A DNA stretch of 64,000 bases from Paramecium tetraurelia (taxonomy: Eukaryota): NCBI GenBank assembly GCA_000165425.1, contig CT868263.1, positions 62,001 through 126,000 on the forward strand, given 5' to 3'. The position numbers were made by a program, and so were the translations under genes. Under the pieces are notes generated by a model. The model was not told the DNA's origin, did no database searches, and worked only from the letters and a program-made list of their open reading frames with translations. Shown here piece after piece: positions 1 through 12,995 of this stretch. Numbering within the stretch: the stretch's first letter is position 1; the number at the start of each line of letters is the position of its first letter.

Positions 1-267
1 AATAATCTAAACAATATTGTAGTCAATATTTAGTATTTGAATAATATAATTTCTGATTTTTGTTCATTATTCCATATTTCAATTACTATTTCAAAATACA
101 TATTAAATTCTATTTTTGGACATGATCTCAGTCCAATTTAGGAATTTGGTAACTTAGATCCTAATCTTAATTAAGGGGAAAGAAAATAGAATAAAATTCA
201 GTTTAAGTTAACTATATTTGGAATAGATACAATTATTAATCAAAATGATGTTGTTAAAATATAATGA
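1..267 (+). CDS. 3' end of a hypothetical protein, truncated by the window edge
   Basis: Frame 1 has no TGA for 88 codons under code 6 (...GHDLSPIQEFGNLDPNLNQGERK...) and ends at TGA 265-267. Confidence 0.5.
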
Positions 268-295
268 AAGAAATTTATTAAATTAGTGATTTTTC

Positions 296-1015
296 TCAAG
301 TAAGTATTTTTGATAATTCGAATTCACCAAAAAAATTCAAATTATTAAGTTCTTAACTACCATAGACACTCCATGAACCAACGAATTTGTATTCCTCCTT
401 GTTATATTTGCCCTTAAACTATTGTAGTAAATATAAATGGTCACTTCTATCACTTTTTTCCAACAATTCAGAATCCAGGCTTGTTCTCAGGTGAATTTAA
501 ATATCTTGCTCTGAGTTTAAGGATATATGTCCTTCAGCTGACCAAGGGTCACGATCTTATTCAAGTTTGATTGAAAGTTCTAGTTTATTATAAGAAGTGA
601 GAAATGACTAGAATCTCAGTATTTTTAGAGTTGAGAAATTCTTAAAATTGAAGCTGGTTAACTTCCATAAAGAAAATTGCATCTAATCTTACATGCTATT
701 GAGTGTAATGAGGTTGGATTGAAGAGACAAACGTGTTTCCTATAGTAATTTCTATTTAATTTCTTTTTTAACTTTATTTCTTCGGCTGACCTCGACGATC
801 GTTCCACATACACATATTAGCAGAAAGAGACAAATTAATAGTACTATTAATACGTAACCATCACTGTCCTCTGAATTCTGTTCTGACGTAATTGTTTATG
901 TATTTTAAGAGCTCTAATCAACGTCTATTTCTGATAGAAACCTAACTTTTGTAGAAACTGATTTCTCTTGTTGTTCTTTAGTTCGAACGATTAGTTAAAC
1001 TAGTTGATGTAACAT
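296..1015 (-). CDS. Hypothetical single-pass membrane protein, 239 aa
   Basis: Uninterrupted code-6 ORF from ATG 1015 to TGA 296. Hydrophobic segment GYVLIVLLICLFLLICVCGTIV is followed by basic SRRNKVKK. Confidence 0.75.
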
Positions 1016-1244
1016 CTTATAAATTAAATCTTTATTATTGCAACACATCATATTTGTTTTAATGAGCATAATCCATATTATAATAAAACACAGATTCAGA
1101 TAATATTATCATTTAACATCTATTTAAAAATATTTTAATAAACAAAATTTCGAATATATATAGCAAGAGAAGGAAAGATCGCATCAAGATACACATAATA
1201 ATTTAATTTGACATTTATACTCTTTTATAACAAATACCCATATT

Positions 1245-2567
1245 TCAACTTAATTCTTTTTCTACTTCAGCTAAATCTTTGGGCATTTCATCAATTTTAG
1301 TGTTGTAATATTTTTCAACTTCTAACAAGAGATTTGCTTCTTGTTGTGCTACCATATTGATGGCAACTCCCTTTCTACCATATCTACCAGCTCTTCCAAC
1401 TCTAAAATAATATATTAACATAGTTTTACCTATGAATGTATTATTCCTTTAATCTTGGGAATTCGTAATTGATGACTAATGACAATTATTAAACATCAAT
1501 TCCTCTACCCATAAGATCTGTTGAAACAAGGATTCTGGCAGCTCCTTTTTTGAATTCTTGCATAACCTACTATAGCTACAATGTATATACTTATTCTCTC
1601 TCTTTTTGTTCCATCTGACTGTGTATTTTACTTACAGTAAAACCCTCAGCTGTCAATTTATCATACAAATCATCAACGGTTTTTTTGGAGTTGCAGAATA
1701 AGATTGATTAAGAAACTGTAAGATTCTTATACAATTCAACCAAAACTTTGAATTTTTAATCCTCTTGTTGGATTGCAATGTAGAATTATCTAATACCCTC
1801 CAATGTCAATTATTCTTTCTTAACCAAAATCTTAGCTGTTCCATCTCTCAAAAACTATTTACTTAATTCAATAATTTCTTGTGGGAAGGTAGCACTAAAT
1901 AATGCTAACAAAATTTTAAATGTCAGAAATACCAATTTAAATATCTCCTGGAACCATTTTTAGGATTTCTGCGAAGTTATCACTAAAACCTTAGTCTAAC
2001 ATTTAATCAGCCTCATCAACAACAAGCAATCTCATAAATGTGGCATCCAAATATTTATTTTTCATCATATCAATTAATCTGCCTGGAGTAGCAATGATGA
2101 TGTGGACTCCTTGTTTGCATTTTTCTCTGGTTTCCTGGGTTGAGGTACCACCAATGCAACAGAAAGCTTCTATGTTTAAGTATTGGCCTATTCCCTTAAC
2201 CACATCATAAATTTGTTTTGCCAATTCTCTAACTGGAGCTAAAATGATGACTTAAGTCTTCCTTTAGTTTGGGTCGATTCTTTGTAAAGCACCAATAGTG
2301 AATGTACCAGTTTTACCAGTTCCTATGAGAAACTTTAATGATAAAAACATACCTGATTATGCTTATGCCAAGACATCCTTTCCTAGAATGATTGGTTTGA
2401 TTGCTTTTTGTTAGATGGCTGATGGTCTTTCGAAACCATATGAAAAGATGCCTCTTAGTAAATCTTTGCTCAATGTTAAATCTTCAAATGTTTCGACTTG
2501 CTTTAAAAATACTTCATTTATTTACCTCTATCCAATTTTCTTGTAAATCTTGTGTTTGTTGATCCAT
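1245..2567 (-). CDS. eIF4A: DEAD-box RNA helicase, eIF4A family (several tiny introns)
   Basis: Motifs [53 protein letters not shown] and [19 protein letters not shown], joined across 20-26 nt GT-AG introns. Confidence 0.93.
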
Positions 2568-3344
2568 AATGTTTCTAATAAAATAATATTATTTTCTTAC
2601 TTAAGATGTTCCTTTTTATTTTAAATAAAAGATTTAAATTGTCCCCTATATAACAATGAATTTAATAATTCCCGAACTATTATAATACAGACCAATCCAT
2701 CCTATTTGAATGACTCTAAGACTTAGTATCAACAAATCTCATATGTTTATAAGTACCTAATTTAGAGAAAACAAACAAATCTTGGTTGATCATCTTTCAT
2801 TTTTTGTTCTCTAATTAGTTGATATTCAGCAATTATATATCTTATCAACTTAGTATGTATACAACGCTTAAATTTAATATATGATCTTAAAATTTGTATT
2901 TTAGAATACCTAATGCATTTAATTTATTACTAGATCATTTTAAAATATGATATAATTTTGAATGTAGAATAAAAAATTCATATATATTGTAGAATTAATT
3001 ACGTTTATGGTCATTTATAATGTCTTTAATATCTTTTATTTGATATTTGGTACAACATAACTTGCTTTTCTTTTGAAACATAAGTTATTGCTAGAATCGA
3101 AGATGATTTTTATAATTGTTTAATGTTGATTATACAACTCATAACATAATTGCCATTATTTTATTTAAATTTATATTACATCATTTAATTATTCTTTAAG
3201 AATATAGATTTAAAAATTAATCTTAATGAATTTCTTTCCTTAAATTAAATGGAAAGTGTGATTTTTGTAAAAGTTCTTCTATTTGACTAATGAAAAATGT
3301 AACAATTTGTGCTGGTAATGAAGAAGGGCAATTGTTGGTTTGAC

Positions 3345-3942
3345 ATGTTTAATTATAAACTAAATTATCTTCATTTTATTATTGATTAATAAATATAACA
3401 ACAGAAAAAAAACTAATAAATTAAAAGAACAAAGAATTTGAGAATGATTTAAATAGTTGAAGAGAGGAGTGGTATTCAATCTATTAATTTTAGAGTAATA
3501 ATAATAATAATAATATGAAATTGATGGAGTTTCACAAAGAATATGGGAAGAAGGTAATAAAGCTTTTAATTTTTAGTTGCTAATTAATATAGATAAGAAA
3601 TATAGGTATATAATACAAAATATAGTAAATGTAGTCGTTACAACTCTAATTGTGGCAGAATAGTGTTGATAAGATGTTTTAAAAGTCGAATGGAGTTCCG
3701 AAGAAATTTTTACAAAAATTAAAGATGATGAAAATGGGTAAATCAAACAGACAATGCAGTATATGCTGTAATTAATTCTAAAAAGGTATAAACTTTGTAT
3801 TTAAATAGATGAGCTAATTATATAGCTGCCATGCAAACATATATATCATAAATGTTGTGTTGATTCTTGGCTTCAAAGTAGTACGAAATGTCCTAATTGT
3901 CGATCAGACGTCTTAGAGGCCCTAAAGAATTAGGAGAAATGA
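3345..3942 (+). CDS. RING-H2 zinc finger protein, probable E3 ligase; start uncertain
   Basis: C-terminal [41 protein letters not shown]. Four short introns keep the frame. Confidence 0.8.
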
Positions 3943-4840
3943 TTTACATTTCTATGGACAAGATTATATAAAAACAAAAAAATTAATGCATACAAATACT
4001 GATTGCTTTGGAAAACTTTACAATATTCGCTTTGACTCTGTCCTCTAAAATAATTGGAAGCAACAAAGTAATTCTATACCATTACAAAAATTCAAATTAT
4101 TTTCTTTAAATGAGTTACTTCAAAATATTCAGTTTTTTTATATTAATTAATTTGGAGGGTGGATCTAAATATATTAATAAATCATTATTTTAATAATCAT
4201 TTTAGCTCTATGTTACTGGCCTAGATATAATTTATCTCCACTATTAAAATTATGTAGATTTATTGCAATATTTACAAAAAATTAAGAATTAATTTTGATT
4301 TATATGTGGTACACATGATTGTTCACTAAAATATTTGAATTAAATCAGATAACTGAAGGTTCCTTATGTGTTTTAATTTAGATGTTCTGGATACAACCAC
4401 GTAAGTTATTTTCCGAATAAATTAATTCTCCATATACTTTTAAATAATTTAAGATAAGGAATTAGATTCTAATTAATTATGCCCAAAAGTTAAAGTTTTC
4501 AGAATTATTTCTCCCCCCCTAAGGAATCTAATAATAACTATCTCTTTTTCTCAAATTACATAATAACGGAAAAAACAAGATATCTGCGTTTAGATCCAGG
4601 AACTTCATATTGCCTTAGTCAGTCTCCATCTTATTAATTATATTCGGCCCAACACTTAATCGAATAGAGCACTTGATAATTTATTTAAATAGCTTTATAA
4701 ATGAGTTGTGCATTTATAATTAAGTAGATGGGGTTTCTTTTATTATGTTATCATAATTGAATTTCTTTGTGATTATTAATTTCTGCATAAACTAAGGTCA
4801 AAGAAATAAATATTTTCATAAATTTTTTAATAATATCGTT

Positions 4841-7290
4841 ATGATGAATAATAACAATAAGAAACCTTAATCTTAGAAAGAGGTTAGAGCAAAAGTAGAT
4901 TCTGGATTAAATCGTAAAAACGATGTCCTACAAAAACGAGTTTAATCTGCAATATAGTTGGTATAGTATTATATTAATTTAGGTTGATAAATTAGCCGAT
5001 TCGAATGGAACATTGACAGATCAATTAAATAATATAGTTTAAGATTATCTGGTGAGAAGCAATTGTTTCAAATCATTGGAGTAGTTCAGAGTAGAATCTT
5101 AATTTGCAACAGAATAAAGTAATGAAACAGAAAATATAATTTTGGGTCATTTTGATAGAGGTGAAAGAGAGAAGTTTCTGGAATCGTGGAGTCGATACAT
5201 TCCAATTCAATAGAGACAAGATCATGAATCTTGGAAGCTAGAATTTTTTGTTTAAATTTATTTCCTTATATACCCGATTCACCCTGTCTTTAAGAAGAAA
5301 GGTGTGATGGATAAAAACTCGGTTAATCAATTCAAGCAATATCTCGATAGTAAAGGAGGTGATTTATCAAAGACAAATGAAGTGTTGCCTTTTTATGCCT
5401 TACCTTATGTCAAGAATCCTGAAATACATCCGAGCTTTTAGCATCTATTTACTCATGAATGGATAGGTGAGTTGAGATTCAGATTGAAGGAATTCATCCA
5501 ATCCATTTATGGCCAAGATTAAAATGGGAGCATTTTGAAAAGATTATTTTTGTCAAAGGAAGGATCACAAAACATCTAGTAATAAGAGTTCTAAAAAAAG
5601 ATTGCAGACAACATCAGGTAGTTGCAATTGGAGAATAACGAATTGAAGAAGAAAAATAATTAGCAAGCTTAGGCTCTATAGGATATTAATTAAACTGCAT
5701 AATAAAATCTATTTGAAGCCTAGAAAAAATGGTTTTAATTTACAGGGGAGATGTTGAAGATGGAGAAGGAGATGATCAAATATATAGAGAATAGCAAGAA
5801 GAATCCAGATTAATTATAATAATTTAAAAAGAAAATTGGTCAATGTGATAGATTCTTAAGTCAGAACTTAGATGAACTCATAAATAAATCATAGGATATC
5901 TCCTTGTTTGATAGAATCACTTAGCCAGATCATGATCTATCGGATCTCACCAATTAATAATGTATTTATAATTTAAATTATAGAAATGATGCCAATCCAA
6001 TAATCAATTGAAGAGTATATCCCATTGAATTATGAGAAGATCATATAGTTATTTACAAAAAATAATAATCCAGTTCTTGTTGCAACAGTTCTATAGGCTT
6101 TGCGATGGAGAATCACCAGGGCAAGGAGTGCATTGGAAAGAAGATCAGTAGTTGTTGCATATTAAACACATGATCTAATTGGAACTCATTAAAGAAACAT
6201 TGCCTTGGCTTAATATTTGATGATGAAATCTCCTTAAGTAATTTAATGCTAGACTTTGAAATTGATGAATGCTTTGGCATCTGATTATGATGGTAGAACA
6301 TATTTGACAGGCAATTCATAATTAATTAAACTGTTAATTGAATTGATCAAAAAGGATTAAACTGATTCAATCAAAAGAAAGAATGCAATTGGCACTTTAT
6401 AAAAATTGTCATTGAGAAGACAAAGCCAAATTTGGATGCTTGACAATGACATTATCTAGGTAGCCTTGAACATTCTAAAGAGAGTAATAATTTAATATTA
6501 AAGTATAGGAAAAATTTAATCTAAGTGAATACACCTATGAATACATCACAGCTTTGATTATGAATTTATCATTGAGTTCAAGAGGTCGAGATGCTCTATC
6601 CGTTCATAAAGAATTAGCATTTGAAGTGCTATTCGAATTAATTGAATTTCCTAATGATCAGATTAGAACATTTACCAATGGAACATTCTATTCCATGTTT
6701 AGTAGAAGAGATCTAAGAGAATATGCATATTAACTTAATATACCTCAAGAACTACCGAAACTACTGTCCATCAGTGATGAAAGATTCAAGAAATAAATTT
6801 AATATATGATAGAATAGTTAGAAAATGATGATGATGACTATGACCAATCTTAATTGGAAGAAGATAATGATGTGGATGACTTAGAAGATGATGAAGAATG
6901 TCCAGTTGATGACGAAGATGAAGATGATCTAGAGAATAATGATATGATTGTTGGAGAGGAATTATTAAAGAATGAATTTGCTTTAGACAGTGAGTAAGCA
7001 GAATAACAAAGATAGTTGATGGAATCAATCATGCAAAAAGAACTATAATAGAGAAGTGCATATTAAGAATAATTAAGAGAGTCTTAGTTGGAAAAAATGC
7101 CTGTTGGATGTAATTACATATATTATCAATAGAAGGACCATTCATAGCAGACAGTCTACTTCCAAATGTGAACATTAACAACAAACTTTCTAATGGAAAT
7201 CCAAAGAATCCTCAATAGTCAGCTTAAGCCTTTGCCTCTAGACCAAAGATTCCCAGAACTCCTCCGGTTTAATAAAATTACCAGCATTGA
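4841..7290 (+). CDS. ARMC9: LisH domain / armadillo protein, ARMC9 homolog (ciliary)
   Basis: LisH LNNIVQDYLVRSNCFKSLEQF; KLEFFVQIYFLIYP; LPFYALPYVKNPEIHPSF; LQALRWRIT; RTFTNGTFYSM; acidic tract at about 6826-6945; C-terminal FASRPKIPRTP. Confidence 0.88.
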
Positions 7291-7345
7291 TTAGTGATTT
7301 TATATTCATTAATCATTTACTATAAATTTTAAATAATAAGCATTT

Positions 7346-7747
7346 ATGAAAGCTGAAGAATAAGCAGAAGAGTTAATACTATGTCCTTAAGGTTGTGGAA
7401 GGAAATTCAATAAGGATAGTTTACTTAAACATTATAAAGTTTGCAAAGATGTCTTCTAATAAAAGCGAAGTGCATTCAATTCTTAATTAAAAAGAGTGGG
7501 ATTCGATTATTTTGTTGAAAATAAAAAGAATCTGCCTCAATTCTCTCCACCAAAAACTAATAAGTTAAAAACAGAGATTCTTCCTTACAGAAGTCCTTAA
7601 GTTCCATCAAAATATAATTAGGTTTTAAATGCAAAAAAATTCTGCAAAGGATGCTTGAGAGAATTCGATTCAAGAATAGCTGATGAACATATTTAAAAAT
7701 GTGTAAAGAAGAACTAATAGAACAATCCATTCGCAAAAATTATTTGA
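7346..7747 (+). CDS. Small C2HC-type zinc finger protein (ZC2HC1-like), 133 aa
   Basis: Two fingers: CPQGCGRKFNKDSLLKHYKVC and CKGCLREFDSRIADEHIQKC. Intronless code-6 ORF. Confidence 0.85.
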
Positions 7748-7814
7748 TAAAAATTAAATTTCCTAATATTATAAGATTAATTTATGTATTTTACAAAAAA
7801 TAGGTTAAAATGTT

Positions 7815-9612
7815 TCATTTCTTAAAGAAGTTAAAACTCTTCTAAGCCTTGCTATCAATTTTTGAAGGAACTTTGATTTTTGAACCTGAAAAATTTCTAT
7901 TTGACTCATCTGATTATTCTACTATGACATTTTATTAAGTTATGCATCTGTCTATATGCTTATTTAACACAGTATTATTTCCTTTGCAATCAATTTCTTT
8001 ATTACAAATTGGACAACGGAAGGACTTCGGCTACGCTTACTATTTTTACTAATATTATTATTGCTGTTATTGGGATTAATGACTTTTACTATTAACTCCA
8101 GATAAGATCTAATTACTAATACTACTAGCCTCATCGTCACTTAGGATATCAGGTTTAGATTGCTCCTGCTATTGAAGTGACATTTTATTGAATGAGTCAT
8201 TTTCCTCAGTAATTTGATGAGACTTTGAACCTTTAATGGACGGCACTAAATTTTCTTAGCCACTTGATTTATCAATTTGTCTTTTGAAATAGGTAGATAT
8301 GGATTATTTTTGAATTTATTTTTCATTTGCAAGTGAACTCATTTTTAACCCAAGTAATCTAATTGGTTCATCTAATTACATAATTTTGAGTAATTGTTTT
8401 CCATATATAGCAATTTATTTAGCTTGATTTGTATATTAATTAAGTTACAATGATTTACTCCGAATTTCAAATTTGGATGTTTTGATAATCAAAGTCAGAT
8501 GATTTCCTACTTTTTCTTCTGATTACATTTCTTCTGCTAGTTTTTCAGCAATATAATCAACTTTATCTTCGAATTCTCTTTAAGTACTTATGCTAGAAAA
8601 TGTTCGCTGACAACTTATACTATGTTAATCTTCAAATTCTACATGATAGTTCCTAGCCACTCCCCAACAAGAGTAAAAAATGTATTCAAATGTTTTAGGA
8701 GTAAAGATAACATAGAGTTCATCAGCTCTGTCCCTGACATCCTTACAAGTATTAAAGTTTAAGCCACTTAATATTTACTCAGTGATATTTCCAATTCCAG
8801 GAATCTTTCTTATAGGCAATTTTTCTAAGAAATTGAGAACTGCTGTAGCAGATTATTCAACAACATGCAACCCATTGGGTTTATTAATTTCAGAGGCAAG
8901 TTTAGCAATCATTTTATTTGGGCCAACTCCACAACTGGCTGTGAGTTGTGTTGCTAAGAGGATATCCTTTCTGATGTTTTCACATAATATTGCTGGATCT
9001 TCTTGGGAATTATTTATATATTCTGTAAGATCTAAATTAGCCTCATCCAACCCCATAGATTCTAGATTATCGTCATATTTTTTAAGGATAGTCATAAAAA
9101 TCTAGTGTAATGCAATTGAATACATTTGAAACACTCTTATATTTCTCGAAATGACAAGGAATGAAGATGATTTCAGGACATAGCTTCTTTGCAACAAAAC
9201 CTGGCATAGCAGATCTAACACCAAATTTTCTAGCCACATAATTTGCAGTGGAAACGATAGTTTAGCCTACAGCAACAGGTTTGTCTTTAAGTTCTGGCTT
9301 GTCCAATAGTTCACAAGCTACGTAAAACATATCCATATCAAAATGCGCCCAAATTCTATCTGTGTTAATTTAAAATTCTTTCACTTTATTCTAAATAATC
9401 TCTTTGGTTTCCTTGATTTTTTGTTCATTATTTTTATAGCTGTCCAATTCCATCTACATCTTATTCACTTTTTACAGAACTTATTATCGTTTCTCCTATT
9501 ATCTTTTGTAATATTCAGATCCTCGAGTGGCATCATCTATCACTTATTTAATTTAATCTGCTCCTTCCACACCTGCTTTGTTGCCATAGTAATGAAAAAT
9601 AGGTTCATTCAT
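7815..9612 (-). CDS. POLK: Y-family translesion DNA polymerase kappa (DinB family)
   Basis: N-clasp NKAGVEG..IKQVIDDATRGSEYY; HFDMDMFYVACE; STANYVARKFGVRSAMPGF; SMGLDEA; TASCGVGPNKMIAKLASEINKPNG; IRLLGLKMSSL; C-terminal UBZ CPIC...NKHIDRC. Confidence 0.95.
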
Positions 9613-9637
9613 AATAAATAAATATATTCATTATTAT

Positions 9638-11136
9638 TCAACATTCTGTTTTGACTATTTTAGATGAAATTCCATACCAATCAGGTATTAATTGAATCAT
9701 TTCTTATTACGTCATTCTACACATCTCTTCTAAAGAGCATTATCACAATAAGTACCATTAGAGAAGTTGAAAAGTTCTGGAATGCTAATCTTCATCTAAT
9801 TTTATAGGCTTTTTAACTAACCAATGTCTCTCAGTTCATCAAAATAAGGATGAGCTAAAGACTAAAATGGTGTAAGCCTAGTCTTTGGACAGAAAGTGAG
9901 TAATTTTGAAACTAAATCGATGGCCTTGGTATCTTTTGTTTTTAGGACCTGAATAAAACCAACTTTATACTTTATTCCATTTTCTTTGTTTGATTTTAGC
10001 AAACTAATTTGATAATACATCATAATCCCTATTCATACTTAGTATTTATTCTTTTGTGGGAGTTCCAAGTACCTTAACAATCTCAACCATTTAATCAACA
10101 GCAGAGTCTCCCAAAAAAAGTGGTTCTCCATTAATTAATTCTGCTATAACACAACCTACTGACCAAACATCAACCTGAGTGTCATAATCTGTTGCTCCGA
10201 AAATCAATTCAGGAGCTCTATAACATCGAGAGCATATATAAGCTATATTAGGTTCTCCTTTAATTAATTTTTTTGCACTTCCAAAATCGCATAACTATAA
10301 TTTATTGGACTCTGGGTTAACTAAAACATTATGTGGTTTGATATCTCGATGACATATACCCAATAATGAAATATATCTAAGAATATAAATTGATGTACGC
10401 AATCGATCTTAACAATTAGTAACTAAATAACTTGACTAGAACATCAGGCATCTTTTTAAAATCCTTTATAAACGATTTGTTGAAGGAGTAAAGAGTATCA
10501 GGAAAGTACTCCATTACAACATGAAGGTAGCTTTCATCTTTGTTTTCAGCAGGAGTGTAGAATGCATGTTTCATTTTGAGAACATTGACATGATCTAATT
10601 CTTACAATATCTGCAACTCCCTATTTTTATATCTTCGATCCTGTAAGACCTTTTTTATTGCCACAAATTCCCCTGTCTCATTTACTTTAGCCTTTTATTT
10701 ATTATTTATTTACTTTGTGTACAACACCAAAGGATCCGCTTCCAACAACTTTCAGATTTGTGTATGTGAAATTGGTATAATCATGTCTCTCAGTGGATGT
10801 TGGCATCAACACTGATTTAGCACTGTTCTTTTCAATCGAGAGTGGTTTGCGTATCTACTATTTGATAGTCTATTGTTGTATTTATTTTAGTTGATTCTCA
10901 AATTTTGCAACTTAAAAGGATGTAATAGGTTCATCTTTATTTTTCCTGAAGGGTTATTTCACAATCTGATTCATCTTCAAATGAGCTTTTAGATTTGAGA
11001 TGTCTTGCAAGGTTTTCATCTCTTGATCCATCTCCTCCATCTCTGTTACGACTCTTCGATTCATATCTTCCGACTTTTATTGATGAACTGACCCTACTTA
11101 TTTCTTCATTTGCTGATTTAACATTTTCTGAAACAT
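9638..11136 (-). CDS. GSK3: Glycogen synthase kinase 3 / shaggy-like kinase
   Basis: [95 protein letters not shown]. Confidence 0.95.
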
Positions 11137-11257
11137 TCCCTTTAACGTAATTTTTAATATATATAAATTATTCAACTGTTTGTCATGATTTTATTTATCA
11201 CCAATACACATATACTTTTAGGTATTTCTGCATGCAATAATAATATACATTATAATA

Positions 11258-11673
11258 TCAGTTCCATTTAATTCTTCTTATGAAATGTCTTTCTATTATT
11301 ATCTTCCCCTCTTTGTATTTCTCCGACTCTCGATATGCTTTAATCTAATTGAAGAATCAACACAATCCTTAATACATATTTCCATCCAATCACTTTATTA
11401 CAACCATTACAAATCACATCTTATACTGTGTGCTTTCCAGTCATCAAATCCTTAACTTCAGATTGCCCAACATGATAATTGATACTTATTATTTATAATC
11501 AAGTACCCTTTCTCAAATAAAAATGCTTGTCCAAATCCGCCCCTAAAATTCTAAAATCATCTTCTTATTCTTACCTTCGATATTCTACTCTTGTAATTTG
11601 AAATATGTATATGGCATTTTGAGCAGACATAAATTCGATCTCCATCAAAATACTCTAAAATTATTTTACCCAT
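11258..11673 (-). CDS. YPEL: Yippee/YPEL zinc-binding protein
   Basis: MGKIILEYFDGDRIYVCSKC..ISK|NFRGGFGQAFLF..LMTGKHTVQDVICNGCNKVIGWKY|IKAYRESEKYKEGKIIIE, with three tiny introns. Confidence 0.92.
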
Positions 11674-12643
11674 CTTTAAACTTACGATTATTTATTAAAT
11701 TATATTAAATTCATACTAAATAACTAATTAACAAATTCTCATAAATTAAAACTAAACTCTATCAATTTTCTCATTCTTCTATAATATTAAGATAATAAAA
11801 ATTACAAAATTCTACATATTTAGATATTCAATAGATTTGTATTTCTGAATTTATATTGAAAAAGAAATTAACCCTTACTTTTTAAATATTAGATGTTGAG
11901 GTGATGAAAAAAAATGCCAAACATATCTTAATGAAAATTATCATTTATCAAATCATTTTTACTTTTTACAAAAGATTTATTTTACATTAGTTGGATGACT
12001 TATTTATTGTATTTATTGTGAACAAAAATATTTAGAAACAGCTTATCATCTTGAAAATTCTTCAATTGATTTATTGATTCTAATTATATTAATTAAAAAT
12101 AAATTTATCAAAATGCTACTTTATTTATATATAAAACCGAATAATTGAATTTATTTCTTTCATATCCTATATTGTTTATTTAAATTTTGTTTTCCAATTA
12201 TGGAAGATTTAGAGCTTTAACACAAACTTGTCTTTACAAATTTGAAATTTTTCAATGATTGATAAAATAATTCCTTAATTTGCTCAACATTTTATTAATA
12301 AATGCAAATTTAGAACAAATAGGAGAGGAGGCCTGATAAACAGTAATAAACTTAAAAAACTAATTTAATGACTAATAATCCTTTATTAGTTTTAATTATT
12401 AAATTAACTTATGATTTCTAGCTTTATATATATAAAGAATAATTTGTTACTTTGGATTGTAAGTATTATTGGTGATATTATAATTATTTTTATAAAGATA
12501 GTATGATTGTAAATCACAACAGCCTTACTTTATTTAATCAATAGAGCATAGCTATAAAAACGAAAAGAATTGATAAAAATTCTAAAGGATGAGTTCAATA
12601 AACATCTAATACAAATTATATATTTATCAAAATATCTTGGGAA

Positions 12644-12879
12644 TCATAAACCTGGGGTCAGTTAATTACTTCTTCGTTTCATTATATTGCTTTTTGATGC
12701 AGGTACAAGAATTGGAACTTAGACAAGCTTTCCAAGGGTTGGATTATAAACTTCCAAACTTTATTTTTGATCAGGGGATACTATAAAAAATCAAAAAAGA
12801 AGATACAAATATTTGCATTTGTCGAATAACGCTTGCTGATTGTTTCGAATTTTTTTGTTTTTTATAATGAACACCCCAT
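12644..12879 (-). CDS. Small protein (69 aa) with N-terminal MGC acylation motif
   Basis: Starts MGCSLQKTKKF. One 26-nt intron (12781-12806) gives a clean frame to TGA 12644. Confidence 0.7.
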
Positions 12880-12995
12880 TTTATTTAAGTTTTTAATTAA
12901 TTTATATGAATTAAGGGAAAATTGGTAAGTATATATCCATTAAAGTCAAATCAGTACATTAATCAGTACATGTTTTAAAACATAAATAATTACAA

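Noticed and set aside
6786..7032. His-rich and Ser-rich minus-strand ORFs
   Set aside because: They are antisense shadows of the ARMC9 acidic tract.
8782..9621. Plus-strand ORF-track ORFs (8782-9105, 9343-9621) and similar ones within 42330-47528
   Set aside because: They are antisense to well-supported minus-strand genes (POLK and the giant membrane protein).
10930..11140. Second open frame overlapping the GSK3 N-terminal extension
   Set aside because: With a single stop codon, a ~70-codon alternative frame is common. It has no clear start or recognisable motif.
12949..12972. Tandem duplication AATCAGTACATT/AATCAGTACATG
   Set aside because: Two 12-bp copies in an intergenic spacer, consistent with slippage. 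It is not a CRISPR array or a supportable IES or transposon end.
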